Below, one piece after another: positions 31,323 through 40,502 of a stretch of DNA of 64,000 nucleotides. The translations under genes were made by a program, and so were the position numbers. The notes under the pieces were generated by a model, which saw nothing but the letters and a program-made list of their open reading frames with translations, did not search any database and was not told where the DNA came from. Source of the DNA: a virus (taxonomy: Duplodnaviria; Caudoviricetes). The stretch is from positions 16,420 to 80,419 of IMG/VR virus record IMGVR_UViG_2876643526_000002; one strand, 5' to 3'. How positions within the stretch are numbered: position 1 is the first letter of the stretch; each line of letters begins with the position of its first letter.

Positions 31323-31664
31323 ATGGGAAAGATATTGAATTATAAGATACTCGGCACGGCTTTAAAGTCGCTAAGTGATGCTTGCTTTAAGGCTGACGAG
31401 CAACAGCGAAATGGTGAGAAAATTACCGCCTGCGGAATGAGCGATGATGACTTGGATAGACTATGCGACATCATCCCCGATATGCTCAACCCGATGCTAT
31501 CTACCGAGGAAGTCAAGGAGAAACTTCACGTTTCTGATGCTACACTCAATCGTATGGTTGCTAGAGGCGATATTCCGAATGGCGAGTGTAAGAAACGAGG
31601 GCATACGAGATATTGGAAGAAGTGGGATATTCTTCACTTCATTAAGAGTAAGAGAAAATCATAA
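31323..31664 (+). CDS. Excisionase/AlpA-like HTH protein
   Basis: MLSTEEVKEKLHVSDATLNRMVARGDIP. Confidence 0.7.
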   Translation: MGKILNYKILGTALKSLSDACFKADEQQRNGEKITACGMSDDDLDRLCDIIPDMLNPMLSTEEVKEKLHVSDATLNRMVARGDIPNGECKKRGHTRYWKKWDILHFIKSKRKS

Positions 31665-31702
31665 CGTATAAGCCCTATCGCAGCACGGTCAAGCGAGCAT
31701 AT

Positions 31703-31898
31703 ATGAGTATGGATTATATGTTTTGTACTTTGATTATAGTAGCGATGTTAGCAATAATAAATAGCACGTTCATCGCATATTTATACTATTCTTACGAGTA
31801 TAAGAAGGTCGATAAACTTCTTGACTTGGGTTACGATGTCAACTATGATATTAATCATGTGGTTCGGGGAAGGATTGTATCTGTATCTAACAGATTAA
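31703..31898 (+). pseudogene. Two-TM small membrane protein, frameshifted near 31817
   Basis: After KKVDK the shifted frame reads FLTWVTMSTMILIMWFGEGLYLYLTD*; the in-frame continuation of ORF 31703..32059 runs through a promoter. Confidence 0.5.
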
Positions 31899-31908
31899 TG
31901 ACGAAAAA

Positions 31909-31940
31909 TTTGGTGGTTTCGGAATTATTGTCTATCTTTG
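31909..31940 (+). promoter_or_regulatory. Full Bacteroidota -33/-7 promoter
   Basis: TTTG-N20-TATCTTTG. Confidence 0.75.
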
Positions 31941-31942
31941 CA

Positions 31943-32117
31943 ATGCTTTTTGAGCATCGCATATTTGAGCATCGCATTTCCGAGCAGAAATGTGATATTC
32001 CCCTGTACTATTGGCGTAGTATAGGGGAAATTTGTTTCTACTTCTATCCTAATAGTTGAACATGTAAGTGTTCCTTACAAGTTGAGTAAGAGAGGTAAGT
32101 GATTGCCTCTCTTTTTT
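31943..32117 (+). ncRNA. Candidate small structured RNA (or leaderless 38-aa ORF)
   Basis: Own promoter, internal hairpins, terminator GAGAGG..CCTCTC-TTTTTT. Confidence 0.45.
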
Positions 32118-32292
32118 ATTTGGTGCAATATAATAGACAAAAACACACATATTTCCCCGAAAAATATACGCACTTTTTGCCTTAAATTATACATAACAAT
32201 ATATGATACTACCTACTATCAGCTTAAATCATTGATAATCAACCACTAAAAGAAAGTGTGATAGAGTTATATTTGCTCTTCTATGTTCTTTG

Positions 32293-32300
32293 TACCTTTG
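32293..32300 (+). promoter_or_regulatory. Bacteroidota -7 promoter element
   Basis: TACCTTTG with TTTG at 32272-32275. Confidence 0.65.
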
Positions 32301-32357
32301 CATCCGTAATCGATTACATAGTGTTAGTTAATATTAAGGATTTCAAAAGATTGTATT

Positions 32358-33083
32358 ATGGAAATGACAGATGCAAAGGTCGTAGAGAAGAAAATCTACG
32401 AAGAGGGAAAGAAGCACGATGATTATGCTTCTAAGGCAACAGGAAATGCTGGTCTTACCCTTGGTATCATTGGCACGGCACTCGGTGCTGGTGCTTGGTT
32501 ATTTGGAGGTAATCGCAGTGTGTTTGGTTCACTCGGCGGCAATATGCCTGAGAACGTTAACATCAACGCTTACGGTTATGGCGCAAATGCGAATGCTAAT
32601 CAGCCAACTGCCTTGCAGGTAATGGAGAAGGAATGCGCTGATGAGGTTAAGCTGCTTACCGACATGTTCGGTTTGAAGCTCGACACCGCTAACAAGTTCT
32701 ACGCTATGCGTGAAACTGACATCGCAGAGAAGTTCTCTATGTATAAGGGTGCTAACGATGCTATCAACGCTGAGAACCGCCGTGCAATGCAGGCTGAGTT
32801 TGGTTTGTACAAGTCTCAGATTGATGCAGACTTTGGTTTGTACAAGAATCAGAGAGACCAGTATGACGCACTACAGGCTAAGTATAGCGACCTCGACAAG
32901 AAGGTAGCCGTTATGGAAGCCCTCACTCCTTACAAGGAGAAACTTATGATGGCTTACGTTAACGAAAAGACATGCAATTGCTTGCGTGGTCAGTTGGTAC
33001 TCCCATCTACGCCAGTAATTTCGGGCTACGGCAGCTATTGCTGTAACGGTACTGCTCCTTCCACTCCCACTACAGGAGCGTAA
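32358..33083 (+). CDS. Glycine-zipper/coiled-coil hypothetical protein
   Basis: YASKATGNAGLTLGIIGTALGAGAW; repeated FGLYK; C-terminal Cys. Confidence 0.8.
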   Translation: MEMTDAKVVEKKIYEEGKKHDDYASKATGNAGLTLGIIGTALGAGAWLFGGNRSVFGSLGGNMPENVNINAYGYGANANANQPTALQVMEKECADEVKLLTDMFGLKLDTANKFYAMRETDIAEKFSMYKGANDAINAENRRAMQAEFGLYKSQIDADFGLYKNQRDQYDALQAKYSDLDKKVAVMEALTPYKEKLMMAYVNEKTCNCLRGQLVLPSTPVISGYGSYCCNGTAPSTPTTGA

Positions 33084-33197
33084 CAGAGCAAGAAAGTCCG
33101 TAAAAAAGACTAAGAAAAAATGAGTTGGTGAGGGGTGTTTGCCCTCGTTGGTGGATGCCCTCTCACCTCTCTATAATATATCACCAACTTAAAGATA

Positions 33198-33704
33198 TTG
33201 ATTATGATGAATTTCGGAAACAGCCCTTTGCTTGATATGGGCACAAGTCAGCAACAGCCGCAAATGATGGATGCTGAGCTACAGAAGATGTATGAGGCAA
33301 TACAACAGAAGCGAGCATCTATCAATATGCAGACGCAGGTATCTTCTACTCCACTCTTCGATGAGATAGATAAGATAGAGGATAGTTTTACAGATACTCA
33401 GAAGCAGTTCTTGATACAAAACCAAGAATACGTGGAGAGTTTGCAGTACGTATCTAAGCTTGTGCAAGATGAGGAACTACGCATTATCCGACCTCGTATA
33501 GAGCAGACAGAGCAAGGCAAGGAGGCTTTGAAGCATCACCTATCCATCGTAACAAAGCTAAAGAAGGAGATGGCTAAGGAGGAGGAACAGAAGCGAGCCT
33601 TGCTTGATGACTACCTCACCAATTATCCAGATATGGCATACAAGGATTATCTCGCAATGATTAATGGTCAGAATCAAGCTAAGAAAGGAGGGTCTAAGAA
33701 ATGA
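33198..33704 (+). CDS. Coiled-coil hypothetical protein
   Basis: Q-rich N-terminus, helical. Confidence 0.75.
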   Translation: MIMMNFGNSPLLDMGTSQQQPQMMDAELQKMYEAIQQKRASINMQTQVSSTPLFDEIDKIEDSFTDTQKQFLIQNQEYVESLQYVSKLVQDEELRIIRPRIEQTEQGKEALKHHLSIVTKLKKEMAKEEEQKRALLDDYLTNYPDMAYKDYLAMINGQNQAKKGGSKK

Positions 33705-34132
33705 ATATAACAGAGCTTAAAGAGAAACTGCTTGAATCGGTTGACGTTTGGGCAGACGCAAGAATAGACGATATGGTTAAGGCTAACCCGATGCTAGCCA
33801 TACCATCAGTGTATATGAAACGTGCGGCGCATAATATCATATCCAAGAATAAGGATAAGTGGGATAAATCGATAGACAACGCTACCCTATTCATCGCCGA
33901 TGAGAACGGAAACATAGATGCCAACACGATATTTGAAGATATGATGCAGATGCTAAAATCCGTGGAAGATTACAAATTCGATGTAGGTTTTATTCACGGA
34001 CATATTGACAAAGGAGTTGTGTCTATTGACCTGCCCGACGGAATTGCCACTGCTATCCTCTTTGGAAGCAAGCGAAGCATCAATTTCACGGAGGAGGATT
34101 TTGCAGAGTTAAAAGATTTGATAATAGGTTAA
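33701..34132 (+). CDS. Hypothetical protein
   Basis: ATGA overlap in operon. Confidence 0.75.
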   Translation: MNITELKEKLLESVDVWADARIDDMVKANPMLAIPSVYMKRAAHNIISKNKDKWDKSIDNATLFIADENGNIDANTIFEDMMQMLKSVEDYKFDVGFIHGHIDKGVVSIDLPDGIATAILFGSKRSINFTEEDFAELKDLIIG

Positions 34133-34144
34133 AATATATAAGAT

Positions 34145-34651
34145 ATGGAAACAAAAGACATTATGAGTAAGTTTGATGAGCTGTATGGGATAATGGCATC
34201 ATCAGCAAACGTAAAGTATATGCACGTATTTGGAGATACGATGCGCTGCATGATGAAGGATATGGCATCGAAGCACCCAGAGCTTGCGCAAGAGTACGTT
34301 GAAAAACTTTGTGCAATTAAGTGGAAGAACTATCTCACTAAGAAGGAGGCTTCAGAGATTGTGAACGGAATGAATCCAGCTGCAACTTGGGATATGCAGA
34401 CATGGCTCAATGCTATGACTGGTCTCGGACTTGTAACAGAGGAGAAACCTTACTACAATGACTACGCTTTGTACGTTGCCATGAATCAGGTTGTAAGCGA
34501 CCATGGATGCACCATCGCCAAGATACTCGGCAAGGAAGATGTTAAGGAGATTGATACAGAACATTTGGTGAAGTATGCACACAGCCTTGCACTCGACTTG
34601 TTGAAAGACAAGGATGGCGTGTATAATATCAGAGAGTATTTTCTGAAGTAA
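34145..34651 (+). CDS. Helical hypothetical protein
   Basis: NDYALYVAMNQVVSD..LALDLLKDKDG. Confidence 0.75.
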   Translation: METKDIMSKFDELYGIMASSANVKYMHVFGDTMRCMMKDMASKHPELAQEYVEKLCAIKWKNYLTKKEASEIVNGMNPAATWDMQTWLNAMTGLGLVTEEKPYYNDYALYVAMNQVVSDHGCTIAKILGKEDVKEIDTEHLVKYAHSLALDLLKDKDGVYNIREYFLK

Positions 34652-34669
34652 CATTAAAAACATACGGTT

Positions 34670-35098
34670 ATGAAAAAGGTATTTGAAAACATATTGGCAA
34701 GCAACGATATACAGACTATTAAGAATTGTGTTGCAACAATGGCTGATTGTTGCGAAGTTGGAATGAATGACGGTGTAATGCTTGATATGATGAAGCAAGT
34801 TCAATGTGAGATTGGTGAGTGCCATTTTGATGAAGAAATGGCAGACTTACATCTTTGTCTCATTAACCAGCTCTACACAAAGGATGTGGCGAAAGACTAT
34901 TGGCACGAAGTTAAAAACGACAACATCACAATTAATGATTGGTGTGTTCTTTGGGGTGAAATGGTTAAACGCAATGACGAAAAAATAAAGAAATGGTTTC
35001 CTAAAATCAATGCGCTCGATTATGAACGTAAGATTTTCGATGAGTGCATTTCTTTCTTAAATAACGGAGAATTGCCGTATCAGGATTTAAAAGTATAA
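34670..35098 (+). CDS. Helical hypothetical protein
   Basis: Last gene of operon; NDWCVLWGEM weakly resembles preceding gene. Confidence 0.75.
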   Translation: MKKVFENILASNDIQTIKNCVATMADCCEVGMNDGVMLDMMKQVQCEIGECHFDEEMADLHLCLINQLYTKDVAKDYWHEVKNDNITINDWCVLWGEMVKRNDEKIKKWFPKINALDYERKIFDECISFLNNGELPYQDLKV

Positions 35099-35138
35099 AG
35101 TTTTTCGTTATTCTGAATGGAGTTTCGTTTTTTTTTGC

Positions 35139-35146
35139 TATCTTTG
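35139..35146 (+). promoter_or_regulatory. Bacteroidota -7 promoter element (lysis operon)
   Basis: TATCTTTG preceded by a T9 run. Confidence 0.65.
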
Positions 35147-35196
35147 CAGAAAGAGACCGAAACTTTATTTTTATTAATTATTCAGGATAACAGATT

Positions 35197-35712
35197 ATGA
35201 CAGATTTATTAGATTCTTCACAGATTCGGCAGATAGGTGTTACTATATTTTCAGCTATACTTGCCTTTGCAACGCCAACTGAAGGCTTCGTTTTGGCGTT
35301 GGTTATCGCCTTTGGCTTCAACATCTTCTGTGGTATGCGAGCTGACGGCGTGAGTGTTGTACGATGCAAGAACTTTTCTGCATCGAAGTTCAAGAACGCA
35401 CTTTTAGAAATGCTCTTGTATATTGTTATTGTGTATGTCATGTATGGAATCATGGTAAGTTGCAACGACAATACAGAAGCATTATTCGTGATTAAAATGC
35501 TTACGTATATATTCTGCTATGTGTATATATGCAATGCGTTCAAAAATCTCATTAAGGCATACCCTAAGAATGTTGCATTCAGAGTTATTTATTATGTTCT
35601 GAGGTTTGAGTTTGCGAAGGCATTGCCGAGCTATTGGAAACCGATATTGGATAGATTAAATCAGGAGTTTGATAAAAAAGAGGAGGAAAACAAAAATGGA
35701 AGTACTAATTGA
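35197..35712 (+). CDS. Holin-like membrane protein
   Basis: 3-4 TM segments, charged C-terminus, precedes endolysin. Confidence 0.7.
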   Translation: MTDLLDSSQIRQIGVTIFSAILAFATPTEGFVLALVIAFGFNIFCGMRADGVSVVRCKNFSASKFKNALLEMLLYIVIVYVMYGIMVSCNDNTEALFVIKMLTYIFCYVYICNAFKNLIKAYPKNVAFRVIYYVLRFEFAKALPSYWKPILDRLNQEFDKKEEENKNGSTN

Positions 35713-36130
35713 TAGAGCTTGGAAAAAGGATGGCTATACTATTAGCCGCCTGTACGTGAATGGCAAATTGTTCGGATGCAATACTCTTGAAGATACAGAC
35801 AGAGGATTGAATCAGAAAATGGATTTGGACGAAATCAAAAACAAAAAGGTATATGGGCAGACTGCAATACCAATCGGCAGCTATGAATGTGTATATACCT
35901 ATTCTAACAGATTCAAGAAGATGTTGCCATTACTTCTGAATGTCAAAGGATTTGAAGGAATACGCATACATAGCGGTAACTCTGCAAAAGATACTGAGGG
36001 GTGTATTCTTATCGGTAAAAACGATAAGAAAGGATGGGTTAGCGATTCTCGATTTTGGACAAACAAGCTCATTCAGACCATGAAGACAGCTTGGGATAAA
36101 AAGGAAAAAGTAACGATTGTAATTCAGTAA
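35696..36130 (+). CDS. Endolysin (DUF5675-like peptidase)
   Basis: YTISRLY..CNTLED..TAIP.GSY..GIRIHSGNSAKDTEGCILIG. Confidence 0.8.
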   Translation: MEVLIDRAWKKDGYTISRLYVNGKLFGCNTLEDTDRGLNQKMDLDEIKNKKVYGQTAIPIGSYECVYTYSNRFKKMLPLLLNVKGFEGIRIHSGNSAKDTEGCILIGKNDKKGWVSDSRFWTNKLIQTMKTAWDKKEKVTIVIQ

Positions 36131-36134
36131 GCTT

Positions 36135-36578
36135 ATGAAACTGATTGATAAGATAACAAGAGTTGTAATTGCTATTGCAGTAGCAATGCTGATTCTATCA
36201 ATGTTCTGTAGATGCACTACTACTAAGTATGTTCCTGTTACAGAATACAAAGATAGGGTCGTAGTAAAGACGGATTCTTTGTTGAAGACTGATTCCGTCT
36301 ATGTGCATGATAGCGTATCTGTTTATATTAGAGGTGATACAGTCTTCAAGGACAAGTACCATCTTCAATATAAAGACAGATATATTGTAAGAAACAAATC
36401 AGATACCTTGATTGTACGAGATTCGATTCCATATAAAGTTGAGGTTGGCAAGCAACTATCAAAGACTGACAGAGCTTTCTTGAATATAGGTAAGATAGCA
36501 TCAGTTTGTCTTTTTATAGGCATTCTCGCATTTTTATGTTGGATATATTGGAAATTAAAGCTACATAAACGTTCTTAG
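36135..36578 (+). CDS. Spanin-like lipoprotein
   Basis: Signal/lipobox-like CTTTKYVPV, D/T/S-rich repeats, C-terminal TM. Confidence 0.65.
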   Translation: MKLIDKITRVVIAIAVAMLILSMFCRCTTTKYVPVTEYKDRVVVKTDSLLKTDSVYVHDSVSVYIRGDTVFKDKYHLQYKDRYIVRNKSDTLIVRDSIPYKVEVGKQLSKTDRAFLNIGKIASVCLFIGILAFLCWIYWKLKLHKRS

Positions 36579-36627
36579 TTTTTTCTAATTTATTTTTTAA
36601 TTTTTATTTGGTTATTGATTTATAAAC

Positions 36628-36665
36628 AAAAAGGGGTGACCGCACGCGATGTGTAGCCACCCCTA
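36628..36665 (-). terminator. Intrinsic terminator of the minus-strand block
   Basis: AAAAAGGGGTG..CACCCCT hairpin between convergent operons. Confidence 0.65.
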
Positions 36666-36688
36666 AACATATAGATAATGCACAGAAG

Positions 36689-37207
36689 TTATTCGTCAGC
36701 CAGAATAAAAGAGATTCCATACTTTTCTGTATAGTAATTCTCGTTTTTCACACGTCTTGTTAGCGAATCGTAATATAATACAGTTTTGTCAACAGTTTCA
36801 TAGAAATAGTCATACTTTTGCATAAGATGATACATCGCATTTTGTATGCGCTTTGGAGTGATACGAACTTTATATTTTGTATTTTGTTCTAGACCGCTTC
36901 TTACACGCCACGATTCCATCTTTCTTGTATGAGTAATCTTCTTACTCAGTTTAGAATAATCGTATGATTTTCTACCAGAAGACCTCCGTTGTCTTACGTA
37001 TTCATCAATTTTTTTCTGTGTTTCTTCGGTATGCCTAAGATGATTCTTTGCAGCACACCGAATTATAGTAGTCTTGGCAAATCCTGTAATTTCTGCTATT
37101 TCCCTTGAAGACATCGTTGGATATAACTCAATTACTTTCTCTGTAAGACCTTTTATCTTAGAGTACCATACCATTCTTATCAGAAGAGCCATAGCCGTTA
37201 TCGCCAC
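36689..37207 (-). CDS. HTH-containing hypothetical protein
   Basis: MSSREIAEITGFAKTTIIRCA; true start may be 37174. Confidence 0.65.
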   Translation of the reverse strand: MAITAMALLIRMVWYSKIKGLTEKVIELYPTMSSREIAEITGFAKTTIIRCAAKNHLRHTEETQKKIDEYVRQRRSSGRKSYDYSKLSKKITHTRKMESWRVRSGLEQNTKYKVRITPKRIQNAMYHLMQKYDYFYETVDKTVLYYDSLTRRVKNENYYTEKYGISFILADE

Positions 37208-37817
37208 GCTCTGTTTTATTTAATTCATCCGTCTCTACAAACATGATATTGTCACTTGTTTCTAGGTGGAATTGCACGATTTTATCACCAACCTTGTATC
37301 GCGGCATATTTGGCATAACGTGATAGAAAACGGCAGAAATCTCGCCAGTATAGGAGTCATCGACAGTGCCTTCACAATTACTGAGAATCATACCAGTCTT
37401 ATATACGGAAGAACGAGGACGAAACGTGAAGCATCTTGAAATATCGACAGGCTTGTTACGATTTTCAATCTGTAGCGCAAATCCGAGACCGTATTTCCAC
37501 ACGTTAGGTGCAATCTCTTTCTCTGATACTGCATAGCAGTCATAACAGAAATCATCATCATACGCCTTGGATGGCATAACAGCGTTCTCGTTGGTCTTTT
37601 TGAATAAGACAGGCACACCAACAACCTCGGTGAATCTATCAATCTCCACGCCATCAACGTTCACCTTTCCGTAGAACATATCAGCAGGGCGATTCCAAAC
37701 CTTGCGCTCCCCATAGAGAGCCTGATAAACAACTTCCTTCTCCTGAGTCTCACTATTTGTGACCTCAGTAATAAATCTGTAATAACCTCCTTTGAAATGT
37801 CTGTAAATCTTTTCCAT
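37158..37817 (-). CDS. dut: dUTPase with N-terminal DUF1653-like domain
   Basis: RPRSS, GTVDDSYTGEI, RGDNGYGSS; N-terminal YRHFKGGYY..SET.E..VVYQALYG..W.RP. Confidence 0.85.
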   Translation of the reverse strand: MEKIYRHFKGGYYRFITEVTNSETQEKEVVYQALYGERKVWNRPADMFYGKVNVDGVEIDRFTEVVGVPVLFKKTNENAVMPSKAYDDDFCYDCYAVSEKEIAPNVWKYGLGFALQIENRNKPVDISRCFTFRPRSSVYKTGMILSNCEGTVDDSYTGEISAVFYHVMPNMPRYKVGDKIVQFHLETSDNIMFVETDELNKTERGDNGYGSSDKNGMVL

Positions 37818-37956
37818 TTTATATTTAAAGTTTAAAATTCATGTTCACTACACACTTGGTCGCAAGATGATTCGTGCTCGTTATTGCTGCACCATCCTAC
37901 GCCGTAAACGTCTTCGCTGTCAAACCAATGACAGTTGCCGCAACATCTTTCTTCTT

Positions 37957-38223
37957 TCATACGTTATACTGTTTTAATCTTTCTGCATTACGCTGAATAT
38001 CTCTTAGCTTGAACTGATGCTTCTTATTGAGCTTTACCAATACGTTAATAAGCTTACGAGCATTCCATCGTGTGGTCATTTTTTTCGCCTTAGAGATGCG
38101 GTGGTCTAAAACAAAGCCATGCCCCCAATCATGTATTTCTATTCTAGTTCTCCAATACAAGTTAGTCCGAGGAATATCTGTTCTAGCTTGCGTCATTATC
38201 TTCTTTGCTAATCTAATCTTCAT
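37957..38223 (-). CDS. Basic hypothetical protein
   Basis: MKIRLAKKIM-type small phage ORF. Confidence 0.6.
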   Translation of the reverse strand: MKIRLAKKIMTQARTDIPRTNLYWRTRIEIHDWGHGFVLDHRISKAKKMTTRWNARKLINVLVKLNKKHQFKLRDIQRNAERLKQYNV

Positions 38224-38225
38224 TC

Positions 38226-38441
38226 TTACACCTCCTCCCAGTCTGTTGCGAGAATAGGCTCAGGAAGTAACCATAAAACTGGTGCAGCTCTTCCTATGCT
38301 ATTATACATTAATGCCTCTGAACCAAGATAGTTCTTATCAATGTATGCGTATGTGCCGTCCGCAAAAATCTTACGTCTCACTTTCTTCCCCTCCTTCATT
38401 CTTCTCAGAGCCTCCGAGAAGTCAAATGTTTCCTTGCTCAT
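38226..38441 (-). CDS. DUF2829/Tad2-like protein
   Basis: FDFSEALRRMKEGKKVRR...ILATDWEEV. Confidence 0.6.
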   Translation of the reverse strand: MSKETFDFSEALRRMKEGKKVRRKIFADGTYAYIDKNYLGSEALMYNSIGRAAPVLWLLPEPILATDWEEV

Positions 38442-39679
38442 AATGATTTTGCTTTAAAGTTGTAAATTGGTTTAATGACATCTATGACATCAACCGTAGG
38501 TTTGATTAACTCAACAATCTCTTCGGTTGGCTTGTATGCCATAGGTGCTTCGTCAATGGTTTCTTCACAAACTGATGTGGAATAAATACCATTCATTTCA
38601 TTCTTGTAAGAATCCATAGATAACTCTTTCTTTGCCTGTGTACGAGACATTAATCTACCTGCGCCATGAGGGGCAGAGCATAGCCAATCTTTGTTACCTT
38701 TTCCCTTGCAGATAAGAGAACCATCACGCATATTCATTGGGATAATGACTACCTCATTCTTTTTTGCACTGATAGCTCCCTTTCGCAATATACCCTTGTC
38801 TGTATCTATATAGTTGTGAATGGTTGTAAAAGAATACTTATCTGAATTAGCATCAATATCTACACCTAAAGCATTTACAAGTCTGTTGGTGATAATCATT
38901 CTGTTATGCTCGGCATACTTCTGAACTATACGCATATCATTTAAGTAATCATCAAGCAAATCGCCCTCCAAGTAAGAAAGTTCCTTGCTAATATTTCTAG
39001 TACCTAACAACTTTATAGCACTCTGTATTTCCTTTTCTCTTCCTTCGCTTTTCAACTTGGCAATAACCTCAGACTTATCAGCTATTTTCTTACGACAATA
39101 CTCGTAGGCAAGTTTTTGGTAATAGTTGCATACCCTAACACCAAGGTTTCTACTTCCTGTATGTATCACAAGAAACTTTTCTCCTTCTTCATTTGCATCT
39201 AACTCAATAAAGTGATTGCCACCGCCAAGAGAGCCAACAGAACGATATACTATATCCATTCCGTTAAGACAATCCCAAGCACGGAATTTGCCAAACATAC
39301 AGCCATCAACCAATCCGTTTATGTAGGCTGATACTTCTCCCTCGTTGACATTAAAACCAGACGGAATCAACTTATTGACTGCTTCATCAAATTTCTGCAA
39401 GTCAATATCAACTTTACCAAGTCTTACGACTTTCATGCCGCAGCCTATATCTACTCCAACAGTGTTAGGAACTACTCTTTTGTCCAGCTCTATCACCGTG
39501 CCAATAGTACAGCCTTTACCTGCGTGACAATCTGGCATTATTCTTATTTCACAACCAGAGTAAGCATTGCTATTGGATAGAACTTCTATCTGCTTGATAG
39601 CTTCATCTTCTATTGTCTTTGCAAAGACCTTTGTGAACTCATTCATATCTTGTTCGTCTAAAATTATTCGTTTCTCCAT
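38438..39679 (-). CDS. rtcB: RtcB-family RNA ligase
   Basis: IMPDCHAGKGCTIG, VGVDIGCG, GSLGGGNHFIE, IHTGSR, SAPHGAGR, DEAPMAYK. Confidence 0.95.
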   Translation of the reverse strand: MEKRIILDEQDMNEFTKVFAKTIEDEAIKQIEVLSNSNAYSGCEIRIMPDCHAGKGCTIGTVIELDKRVVPNTVGVDIGCGMKVVRLGKVDIDLQKFDEAVNKLIPSGFNVNEGEVSAYINGLVDGCMFGKFRAWDCLNGMDIVYRSVGSLGGGNHFIELDANEEGEKFLVIHTGSRNLGVRVCNYYQKLAYEYCRKKIADKSEVIAKLKSEGREKEIQSAIKLLGTRNISKELSYLEGDLLDDYLNDMRIVQKYAEHNRMIITNRLVNALGVDIDANSDKYSFTTIHNYIDTDKGILRKGAISAKKNEVVIIPMNMRDGSLICKGKGNKDWLCSAPHGAGRLMSRTQAKKELSMDSYKNEMNGIYSTSVCEETIDEAPMAYKPTEEIVELIKPTVDVIDVIKPIYNFKAKSL

Positions 39680-39698
39680 ACACTATTTTATCTTACAA

Positions 39699-39998
39699 TT
39701 ACCATAACTTTCCAATCAAATGATGGTCGTGCTTATCGAAAGCAATTCCATACTTGAACATTTCTTCAAAAAGCATAAGACGCTCCTCGTTGGTAGCCAA
39801 CCGAGTAGATTTCTTTTTATCCTCGGTCATTGTAAAATGAGAGCCTACCATTAAATTCTTATCTTCCTTATGAAGATAAAGATAGCAGAAGAGATTGTAA
39901 CACTCTGGTCTCCAACGCTTACATAACACAATCCAATCATTATTTATCACAACTATATTGCCTTCAGCGACAATATCTTCAAACATATTATTTTCCAT
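39699..39998 (-). CDS. Hypothetical protein
   Basis: RLATNEER motif; cassette junction. Confidence 0.65.
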   Translation of the reverse strand: MENNMFEDIVAEGNIVVINNDWIVLCKRWRPECYNLFCYLYLHKEDKNLMVGSHFTMTEDKKKSTRLATNEERLMLFEEMFKYGIAFDKHDHHLIGKLW

Positions 39999-40001
39999 AC
40001 G

Positions 40002-40235
40002 CTACTTCTTTTTACGACAAGGGCAACTTTCTGCGTGAACAACGCAAACACCATGTTTCGTGTCCACAACCAGATAATCGTGTCCTTCCTCTGTGAATAC
40101 TGACATACCAATCTTCTTTGCAGGTTCATTGCTATTAGCCAAAGAGCGAATGCCCTCAAAAATCAATGCTCCTACAAACAAACACAAGACAAACCAAACG
40201 GCTGACTTAATTAAGTTTAAAATCTTATTCTTCAT
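40002..40235 (-). CDS. Small membrane protein
   Basis: TM then EGHDYLV..HAESCPC. Confidence 0.65.
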   Translation of the reverse strand: MKNKILNLIKSAVWFVLCLFVGALIFEGIRSLANSNEPAKKIGMSVFTEEGHDYLVVDTKHGVCVVHAESCPCRKKK

Positions 40236-40241
40236 ACGCTA

Positions 40242-40499
40242 CTATTTCTTTCCGTAATACTTCTCTGATAAGCCGTTGAATCGCTCATAGTTCGGCAACT
40301 TGGGAGAGATTTCAAACTTCATCGTTGTAACATCATATCCTCTATCAGTCATTTCTTTGACAAACTCTTTGGTGAAGACCTTATCGAAAAGATAATGAGC
40401 ATCTGTTTGAGTCATAAACCCTAGAGGATGATAAGCACCAATGCAGTTCTCTTTCTTATCCCAATATGCCGTTAGCTTATCTTTCTTTTTAAGAATCAT
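40242..40499 (-). CDS. Hypothetical protein
   Basis: TAGCGTATG junctions. Confidence 0.65.
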   Translation of the reverse strand: MILKKKDKLTAYWDKKENCIGAYHPLGFMTQTDAHYLFDKVFTKEFVKEMTDRGYDVTTMKFEISPKLPNYERFNGLSEKYYGKK

Positions 40500-40502
40500 A
40501 CG

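Noticed and set aside
35128-35136. T9 run next to the lysis promoter as a phase-variation site
   Set aside because: T-runs are common in this AT-rich sequence and no clear -33 element defines a spacer to alter
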